DNA of 64,000 nucleotides from Theionarchaea archaeon (GTDB lineage Archaea; Methanobacteriota_B; Thermococci; Methanofastidiosales; SZ-28-30). The position numbers were made by a program, and so were the translations under genes. Shown here piece after piece: positions 57,644-64,000 of this stretch. The stretch spans positions 160,001-224,000 of the forward strand of contig JACVGT010000018.1 in NCBI GenBank assembly GCA_018992685.1, read 5' to 3'. Under the pieces are notes generated by a model that ran no database searches, was not told the origin of the DNA, and saw only the letters and a program-made list of their open reading frames with translations. Every line of letters begins with the position of its first letter. Position 1 is the first letter of the stretch.

Positions 57644-59060
57644 GCAATTCCTCCATTATGGCAAATACTCTCTCCTTTCCCTGACGGGCCCTTTCCCCAA
57701 AGGATCCTGAACGTAACAGCCGTAATTCTTCGTATGATTCTTTCGACTCCTTTTCTGTCTCAAGTGTTGATAGTCCCAGAGCTTTCACGCAGGAGAGGGC
57801 TGCTATTTTCCCCTCCATCATGGCAGTATTGGCTTCACCGATTCCTGCTGCATCCCCTGCAGCATACATACCCTTGACAGTCGTTTCCATTGCGGGAGAG
57901 TGTACTGGTGTATTTCCACCCAGTTCAGGGATGTGAGCAATCCTGCACCCTGCCTGACAGAAGAATTCAATTGAGGGCGATAACCCTACTGCCAGACAGA
58001 TTGTATCCACATCGAATTTTCTCTCGGTTCCAGGTATGTGATTCCAGTCTTTATCCAGTGAGACTGTGACTGCACCGGTCACGTACTCTTCTCCCAGGGC
58101 TTTCAAAATGCTGGTAGAGGTATAAATGGGAACACCGCACCGCCTGACCTTGGCTGCGTGTACGTGGTATCCTCCGATACGCGGAAGAGCCTCCACAACC
58201 CCCACTACTTTCACACCTGCCTGCAATAGCTGGTAGCTGACAATCAATCCCACATTTCCTGCCCCAACCATGAGTACTGAATTTCCGGGTACAATACCAT
58301 ATACATTCATGAGAGTCTGGACTGCCCCTGCTCCATACACACCAGGAAGGTCATTATTTTCAAAAAGCAGCATATTCTCAGAAGCACCTGTTGCCACAAT
58401 GACTTTCTCAGCCTCCAATTCAGCAAGGGTTCCATCTTTCACCAGGACAAGCCGGTGGCCCCTGTCATTGTAGTGCCCCACGACAGCTGCCTGCAGCATG
58501 ACGAAGGACTCAGCCTCCCGGTACAAGATCTTGGCAATCTCTGTTCCTCTGGTACCTGCACGTTCCCTGCTTGATCCAAAAAACTTGTGAGTCTGCTTAA
58601 CCAACTGTCCACCCGCATGGGGATTCTCATCGATGACCAGAACAGAAGCCCCATATGCATGGGCAGTCACGGCTGCATTGAGTCCTGCAGGTCCTGCTCC
58701 TATCACCGCAACTTGTGTTTTCATGTGGCTGATATGGGATTTCTTCGGCCCTGTAAACGGTTTCAAGACACCCTTGTGCTGTGATTCAACCACCATGCCC
58801 TCCTCAACCAGCGTGACACAGGTTTTAACATTGGGCACACCGTTGACATTCATCATGCACGAGGCACACTTCCCGATGGCACAAAAAAACCCCCTGGGCC
58901 TGGAATAGGTAATACTCCGGGAGAGGACTTTGATCCCTGCTGCATGGAGTGCTGCTGCAATAGTCTCTCCTTCATATGCTTCAAGTGGCCCTCCATTGAA
59001 GGTAAAATGGATTACTCTCTTTCGTTGAAAACTAAGGAGTGGATGCTCTGTGATTCTCAT
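57636..59060 (-). CDS. Proline dehydrogenase / sarcosine oxidase alpha-like subunit ([2Fe-2S] + FAD/NAD)
   Basis: GETIAAAL..RPRGFFCAIGKCASC...C, GAGPAG, GGQLVKQTHKFFG and GAGNVG. Confidence 0.9.
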   Translation of the reverse strand: MRITEHPLLSFQRKRVIHFTFNGGPLEAYEGETIAAALHAAGIKVLSRSITYSRPRGFFCAIGKCASCMMNVNGVPNVKTCVTLVEEGMVVESQHKGVLKPFTGPKKSHISHMKTQVAVIGAGPAGLNAAVTAHAYGASVLVIDENPHAGGQLVKQTHKFFGSSRERAGTRGTEIAKILYREAESFVMLQAAVVGHYNDRGHRLVLVKDGTLAELEAEKVIVATGASENMLLFENNDLPGVYGAGAVQTLMNVYGIVPGNSVLMVGAGNVGLIVSYQLLQAGVKVVGVVEALPRIGGYHVHAAKVRRCGVPIYTSTSILKALGEEYVTGAVTVSLDKDWNHIPGTERKFDVDTICLAVGLSPSIEFFCQAGCRIAHIPELGGNTPVHSPAMETTVKGMYAAGDAAGIGEANTAMMEGKIAALSCVKALGLSTLETEKESKESYEELRLLRSGSFGERARQGKERVFAIMEELHE

Positions 59061-59245
59061 GATACTCGACCTACCGCTTGCATAGCTCTTATCCTATATA
59101 AGGTTTTAGCGCTTTAGCGAAGCTCTTCCTTTGTGAAGCAACCATTCTCTTTCATTGGTGTTGGCGAGAACCCATCACCAATGGGCCTCAGAATCGTCTG
59201 TCCTGACCTCCTGAGATAGTTCCACGTCCATGAAACCCCTGAAAT

Positions 59246-59539
59246 TCAGTAGATCTCCAGCAGGCGTCTTACAGCATTCTCTGCAATTCCTTCCAGATCA
59301 TCAAGGCACCTGTAGATATCCCCATCCACAATAGAATAGTAGATTGATTTTCCTTCCTTCCTATCTGTCAGTACATTCGCATCTTTAAGAATTCTCAGAT
59401 GCTGTGATACGTTGGACTGAGAGGTGCCGATGTAGGGCACAATCTCGCAAACACATTTCTCCCCATCCCGCAAGAATTCCAGGATATTCAACCGAGTTTC
59501 GTCACTTAATGCCTTCAGAATCCTGAGCTTAAGATGCAT
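59246..59539 (-). CDS. arsR: ArsR/SmtB repressor
   Basis: KALSDETRL, EKCVCEI and SQSNVSQHL. Confidence 0.92.
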   Translation of the reverse strand: MHLKLRILKALSDETRLNILEFLRDGEKCVCEIVPYIGTSQSNVSQHLRILKDANVLTDRKEGKSIYYSIVDGDIYRCLDDLEGIAENAVRRLLEIY

Positions 59540-59543
59540 AATA

Positions 59544-59622
59544 ATATTAGTGATGACTTATATTTAAACCTACGGGTACTGTCTCTCAACCGATCAATAA
59601 GTATATAAATACATCATTATAT
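59544..59622. promoter_or_regulatory. Two putative ArsR operators in the arsR/acr3 divergent promoter
   Basis: ATATTAG-N6-CTTATAT (59544-59563) and ATATAAA-N6-ATTATAT (59603-59622). Confidence 0.55.
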
Positions 59623-59670
59623 ATTGGCCAATCATGCTGGACATCAACAAGATCTGTGAGGAGGAAGAGA

Positions 59671-60798
59671 ATGAAAGAAAAAAAACTATCCATCTTTGAG
59701 AAATACCTGACTGTATGGGTTCTTGGCTGTATTGCGGGAGGCATCCTCCTGGGAAAGCTGGCACCTGGAGTCGCTCTCGCTCTGGATTCATTCTCGGTCT
59801 ATCAGGTTTCAGTTCCGATTGCAGTGTGTCTCTTCTTCATGATGTACCCCATTATGGTGAAGATCGATTTCGCAGAGGTGGTGAGAGCTGCCAAAACCCC
59901 CAAACCTGTGGGACTCACTCTGTTCATCAACTGGGCAATTAAGCCTTTCACCATGTACCTGATCGCTTCTTTCTTTCTGGGGGTTGTGTTCAGAGGATTC
60001 ATTCCGGGAACTGAAGTAGTGAAGACAGGACAGGAGGTTGAATTGTGGAGAAGCTATATATCTGGTGCAATTCTGCTGGGGATTGCTCCCTGTACTGCCA
60101 TGGTTCTCATGTGGAGTTACCTTGCTAAAGGGAATGATGGGTTAACCCTGGTCATGGTGGCTATTAATTCTCTGACAATGCTGGTGCTGTATGCTCCTTT
60201 GGGAGGATTTCTCTTGGGAGTCAACGCAATGCCCATTCCCTGGCAAACTATTGTGCTGTCTGTAACCTTCTATGTGGCAGTGCCGTTGGTTGCAGGGTAT
60301 TTCTCCCGAAAACAGATCATCAAGTCCAAGGGAAAGCAGTGGTTTACTGAGAAATTCTTGCATCTCCTTACTCCAGTAAGCATTGTTGCACTTCTGGCGA
60401 CCCTGGTATTACTATTCGCCTTCAAGGGGGAGGTAATTGTTGAGAACCCCCTGACCATTCTGTGGATTGCTGTCCCTCTGTTCGTTCAGACAGTCGTAAT
60501 CTTCAGTCTGGGATACTTCGTGCTGGCCCGTCTGCTAAATCTATCCTATCACGATGCAGCCCCGTCCGCAATGATAGGTGCTTCAAACCATTTTGAGGTG
60601 GCAATTGCAACCGCCACGATTCTGTTCGGGCTATCATCAGGTGCATCCCTGGCTACTGTTGTCGGGGTGCTCATTGAAGTGCCTGTCATGTTGATGCTGG
60701 TTTCTGTCTGTAAGAGAACATGCCATCTCTTCTCTGAATGCAATCTGGACCTGCCTCAGTGTCACAACGATTCTGAGGCAGATAGTACTGCTCATTGA
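59671..60798 (+). CDS. acr3: Acr3 arsenite efflux permease
   Basis: FEKYLT.W, MMYPIM.K, NWAIKPF, APCTAMV and [10 protein letters not shown]. Confidence 0.96.
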   Translation: MKEKKLSIFEKYLTVWVLGCIAGGILLGKLAPGVALALDSFSVYQVSVPIAVCLFFMMYPIMVKIDFAEVVRAAKTPKPVGLTLFINWAIKPFTMYLIASFFLGVVFRGFIPGTEVVKTGQEVELWRSYISGAILLGIAPCTAMVLMWSYLAKGNDGLTLVMVAINSLTMLVLYAPLGGFLLGVNAMPIPWQTIVLSVTFYVAVPLVAGYFSRKQIIKSKGKQWFTEKFLHLLTPVSIVALLATLVLLFAFKGEVIVENPLTILWIAVPLFVQTVVIFSLGYFVLARLLNLSYHDAAPSAMIGASNHFEVAIATATILFGLSSGASLATVVGVLIEVPVMLMLVSVCKRTCHLFSECNLDLPQCHNDSEADSTAH

Positions 60799-60818
60799 CA
60801 GGATCTTCCCTTTTTTCC

Positions 60819-61631
60819 TCAGGAAATTTCCCCGCTATTCTTTGACCTTCTCTCTGCAAGTTCCCGTGCTATTACCAATCCCACACCTATTATGCCTACT
60901 ACAAGGGGAAGCCACCTGATGAGCGTGGGGTCAGAACTCACACAAGGGACAATATAGGATATGCCCACACTGATGAGGACAACTCCCAGGACACTGCTGA
61001 CCTCCCTCCACAGATGAGAAAGCCTCTGGAGAGCGGTCCTCGCCCTGGTAGCCCCGAAATACAGCAGACCTGTGTACACAAGTATTGGCACATTGACTCC
61101 TAATCCAAAAAAGAGAGGCAGAGAGTACCCTTCTGATACCTGGACTGCCAGCGGGATCAACATTCCAAAGAAGAGCGCAGCAGAGTACGGGCAGAAAGCA
61201 AGCCCCAGCAGGAGTCCCAGTACCAGTGCTCCCACAAGACCCATGGTATGGGTCTTGAACATCAATCGGGCAAGAATCCCTCCTCCAAAGCCCCGATTAA
61301 TGGAAATCACGTTCAAGAACAGCGCACCGAAGAGAATGAGCATGCATCCCAGCAAAAGACTTCCTGCAGTCTGAGAGAATAGCGCAATCTTGCCGATGGT
61401 GTGACCTGCAGAGATCATCAGACCACCAATGATCAAGAACGTGATGATTCTTCCCAGACTGATAAGGGTTCCCACCACCACAGCATACTTGGGCAAAACC
61501 ATTGTGCGGGATATGAAGGCTGCTCCTGAAACATTGGCGGCCAGTGCACAGGGACTGACTGCTGTCACCAGCCCCAGAAAGAAGGCAGTGGCAATTGGGA
61601 TCTGGTTTGTTGCTTGTGTCCAATCAAACAC
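60819..61631 (-). CDS. ArsG-like (CcdA/DsbD-fold) membrane protein
   Basis: LGLVTAVSPCALAAN and LAFCPYSAALFFG; GGAGG SD before GTG 61631. Confidence 0.75.
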   Translation of the reverse strand: MFDWTQATNQIPIATAFFLGLVTAVSPCALAANVSGAAFISRTMVLPKYAVVVGTLISLGRIITFLIIGGLMISAGHTIGKIALFSQTAGSLLLGCMLILFGALFLNVISINRGFGGGILARLMFKTHTMGLVGALVLGLLLGLAFCPYSAALFFGMLIPLAVQVSEGYSLPLFFGLGVNVPILVYTGLLYFGATRARTALQRLSHLWREVSSVLGVVLISVGISYIVPCVSSDPTLIRWLPLVVGIIGVGLVIARELAERRSKNSGEIS

Positions 61632-61647
61632 GACATGACCTCCCAAT

Positions 61648-62082
61648 TCACAGCTGCTGTAGCGCATCGTCCAGCACTGTTTTCAGCAGGCTAATATAGC
61701 GGTCGTGGTCAAAACAATACTGCCACACTTCTGCATTTTCATTGATATGGTCAGTACCTTCTTTCACTATGTTAATGTACAACGAGGCGCCATACGCGTC
61801 GTATTTACTGGCCAGCTCCGGATTTTCCTCAACACAAACATCCAGGTATCTGATCGTCTCGGATTCAAATTCTCCTGGGAAGAATTCTTTGATAGTTTCT
61901 TCCGCCCACTTGCCCACGTTTATGCAACAGGTACACTGATTGATCCTGTGAAAATGCACCACCAGAATCTGGGATTCCTTTGTCACATCAGTTGACATGT
62001 CAGAGGATGGTTCCTCTGGGCTGTCTTGTAGGCACAGGCTGAAAGCCATCAAGATTCCGAGCAGGATAAGAGCGCGTCTCAT
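61648..62082 (-). CDS. ArsF-like exported thioredoxin-fold protein
   Basis: Signal/lipoprotein-like N-terminus and VVHFHRINQCTCC; ATG 62082 overlaps the upstream stop. Confidence 0.7.
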   Translation of the reverse strand: MRRALILLGILMAFSLCLQDSPEEPSSDMSTDVTKESQILVVHFHRINQCTCCINVGKWAEETIKEFFPGEFESETIRYLDVCVEENPELASKYDAYGASLYINIVKEGTDHINENAEVWQYCFDHDRYISLLKTVLDDALQQL

Positions 62083-62345
62083 TCCGAACCATCTCCTAAG
62101 ACCTTTTTCACCGCGCTTTCCAGGGTTTCGACAGACGGTATCCTGCCAACCTCCACTGTCAGATCGTTGACCATTACAGTGGGAGTCATCATAATGCCAC
62201 ATTCCTCAGCCTCCTCTGAAAACACATCGCACTTCTTCACAGTTACTCCTTCAAATTTCTGAGCCACTTCAGCTGCAACCTTCTCTGCACCTTTGCATTT
62301 TGCGCAGCCAGGCTCAGGACCGAACACACGGATAACGACCTCCAT
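62079..62345 (-). CDS. MTH895/ArsE-like small thioredoxin
   Basis: PGCAKC and GIMMTPTVMVN..GRIP. Confidence 0.85.
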   Translation of the reverse strand: MEVVIRVFGPEPGCAKCKGAEKVAAEVAQKFEGVTVKKCDVFSEEAEECGIMMTPTVMVNDLTVEVGRIPSVETLESAVKKVLGDGSE

Positions 62346-62366
62346 TTTACCACCTCCTCATTTATT

Positions 62367-62639
62367 TCATTCTCTGGGTTGATCTCTTTTTAGATCGGTG
62401 ATGAAAGCCTTGATCTCCTTGATATCAGGAAATGAAATGGCACCTTGGGGACATAGCGACTGGCAATTGGAACAGCCCACCACACACTGATACGGGTGAT
62501 CCACTTTCGCGGTAGTGCCTTCCATTTGGTATACAGAATGAGGACAGAACTCAAAGCACGTCTTGCACGCGGTACACTTCTTTTCATCAATGGTAGGAAA
62601 CCACGGGATTTTTTCCCTCTGAATATTGCGCCACATCAT
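62367..62639 (-). CDS. 2x[4Fe-4S] ferredoxin
   Basis: CTACKTCFEFCP and CVVGCSNCQSLCP. Confidence 0.9.
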   Translation of the reverse strand: MMWRNIQREKIPWFPTIDEKKCTACKTCFEFCPHSVYQMEGTTAKVDHPYQCVVGCSNCQSLCPQGAISFPDIKEIKAFITDLKRDQPRE

Positions 62640-63676
62640 GCTATCCCTCCATAGACTATTCCTGAGATACTGGCAAAGAGGATTACGAGTCCAATATACG
62701 TGAGTGTTTTCTGCGTCCCCAGAACTTGTCTGATGGCCAGCATATTAGGCAGGGAAAGAGCAGGTCCCGCCAACAACAAGGCCAATTCTGGTCCCTTTCC
62801 CATCCCAAGGGAGACCAGGGAGTTTACAATGGGGACCTCAGTGAGTGTTGCAAAATACATCAATGCTCCTGCAACAGACGCAATCACATTTGCTGATACA
62901 GAATTTCCTCCCACAAATCGGGACACATAGGCTGGAGGCAGCCCTTGTTTGATAATACCGGCTACAAAGACACCGACAAGTAAGTAGGGTATGATTAGCT
63001 TGGAGAGCTGCCACGTTTCGCTCATCCACAGCCTCGTCTCTGAACGATCTTGCCACGCAATCACAACATATATCAGCACTACCAGCAATCCAATGACCAC
63101 CGGCCACTTCACCACCCCCGGCAAGGTGGAAGCTCCAATTACCAGAATGAGCACCAAATCCACAAAGAATAGCCATTTCCTATACGATCTATCTTCAGAT
63201 TCAGTAAAGCTCTTGCTCTTGGGTAGAGGGGTGATGCTGTCTTCTTTCTGATAGATAAAAGCCATGATCAGCCCGATGACTACTGCCATGAGGATCGCAA
63301 GGACAGCCCTTGCTACTCCAATTTCGACTCCCAACACACGGGCGGTAAACACAATGGCCAGAATATTGATGGCTGGGCCTGAGTATAAGAAGGCTGTGGC
63401 AGGTCCTATCCCTGCCCCTCTCTTGTAGATTCCTGCAAACAATGGAATGACTGTGCATGAGCAGGCAGCCAGAATGCATCCAGAAACGGAAGCTACAGGA
63501 TATGACACATATTTCTTGGCCTGGGCTCCAAAATATGCAAGAACCGATTGCTTGGAGACAAAAACAGCTATTGCTCCAGCAATGAAGAACGCAGGCACCA
63601 GACAGGTAACCACATGTGCCTGCAGGTAATCGAGGAGTTCAAGAACTCCTGCCTCGAGTAGGGTTACGACATTCAT
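62636..63676 (-). CDS. arsP: ArsP/DUF318 permease
   Basis: ACSCTVIPLFAG, AFLYSGPAIN, YFATLTEVP and LLLAGPALSLP. Confidence 0.85.
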   Translation of the reverse strand: MNVVTLLEAGVLELLDYLQAHVVTCLVPAFFIAGAIAVFVSKQSVLAYFGAQAKKYVSYPVASVSGCILAACSCTVIPLFAGIYKRGAGIGPATAFLYSGPAINILAIVFTARVLGVEIGVARAVLAILMAVVIGLIMAFIYQKEDSITPLPKSKSFTESEDRSYRKWLFFVDLVLILVIGASTLPGVVKWPVVIGLLVVLIYVVIAWQDRSETRLWMSETWQLSKLIIPYLLVGVFVAGIIKQGLPPAYVSRFVGGNSVSANVIASVAGALMYFATLTEVPIVNSLVSLGMGKGPELALLLAGPALSLPNMLAIRQVLGTQKTLTYIGLVILFASISGIVYGGIA

Positions 63677-63684
63677 ATATCCAC

Positions 63685-63704
63685 CTATCAGTATATGCTA
63701 ATAT
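63685..63704 (-). promoter_or_regulatory. Putative ArsR operator upstream of the arsP operon
   Basis: CTATCAG-N6-CTAATAT, with the same spacing as the two arsR/acr3 sites, next to TTTATAAA. Confidence 0.5.
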
Positions 63705-63730
63705 ATTCATTTATAAATGTTGCTATTCTG

Positions 63731-64000
63731 CTAGAGAGAAATAGAGGTTACCTGCTCTTTCAGGTGGATATGGTTTCTCTTCAACTGAGATGTGAAAACC
63801 ATGAGGTTGACACCTTGCTCGGCTGCCTTCCGCAAAGCAGTCGTAAACTGAGGATCTGTTTCTTTGTTAGGTGAGAATGCAGACGCATCTGGTCTTTGTA
63901 TGAGGAACAGAACATAGGAGATGTATCCCAGGTTCGTTGCAGAGGTCAGGGTTTCTACATGGCGTCTGCCCCGTTGAGTTGGGGCATCTGGAAACAGAGC
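63731..64000 (-). CDS. sfsA: SfsA DNA/RNA nuclease, 3' part (5' end outside window; absent from ORF track)
   Basis: Translates as ALFPDAPTQRGRRHVETL...LFLIQRPDA..FSPN...DP.F..AL..A...GV. Confidence 0.9.
   Translation of the reverse strand, partial: ALFPDAPTQRGRRHVETLTSATNLGYISYVLFLIQRPDASAFSPNKETDPQFTTALRKAAEQGVNLMVFTSQLKRNHIHLKEQVTSISL

Noticed and set aside
48290-59060. mmd operon and proline dehydrogenase-type complex as novel systems
   Set aside because: Both match well-known arrangements in Thermococcales-like anaerobes; no evidence links them to the lipid cluster.
5529-63629. Numerous 60-210 aa antisense or nested ORFs in the track (e.g. 11820-12422, 33045-33644, 34556-35194)
   Set aside because: They are shadows of well-supported genes, with no motifs or RBS.
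1-64000. CRISPR array, rRNA or tRNA genes
   Set aside because: No regularly spaced repeats, rRNA-like tracts or complete cloverleaf were seen by eye; short RNAs could have been missed.

Overview
Archaeal genomic window: archaeal-type PheS/PheT and PriS, two tungsten AOR-family enzymes, BRE/TATA promoters and GGAGGTGA ribosome-binding sites. The gene content suggests a Thermococci-related anaerobic heterotroph such as Theionarchaea (inference). Bases 1-5300 form a visibly AT-richer accessory segment with a PD-(D/E)XK/winged-helix protein, a frameshifted ISH3-family transposase and small membrane peptides, one missing from the ORF track. Two gene sets stand out as candidate undescribed systems. 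(1) A 9.2-13.9 kb operon: HTH regulator, opine dehydrogenase, cobalamin-binding mutase-like protein, divergent NadE and a Ddl-like ATP-grasp ligase. It looks like a small-molecule biosynthetic pathway. (2) A 15.7-32.8 kb region: alkyl-DHAP-synthase-like flavoprotein with a CCG Fe-S partner, GK5-like kinase, BON-fused GlpA-like dehydrogenase complex, membrane hydrolase, two SCP2 lipid carriers, ThDP enzyme, two alcohol dehydrogenases and an AOR. It is best explained as anaerobic glycerol-ether-lipid processing. The rest encodes a subtilisin, signalling-type proteins (roadblock, V4R, DUF835, DUF4388-like), an AglB-like GT-C, a standalone HHxxxDG acyltransferase with a tandem-HTH regulator, an ABC exporter, the Na+-pumping methylmalonyl-CoA decarboxylase, a four-subunit proline dehydrogenase-type complex, an arsenic cluster (arsR, acr3, arsP, arsEFG-like) and a partial sfsA. 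No rRNA, tRNA or CRISPR array was seen. All family assignments come from motif recognition by eye; no database searches were run.
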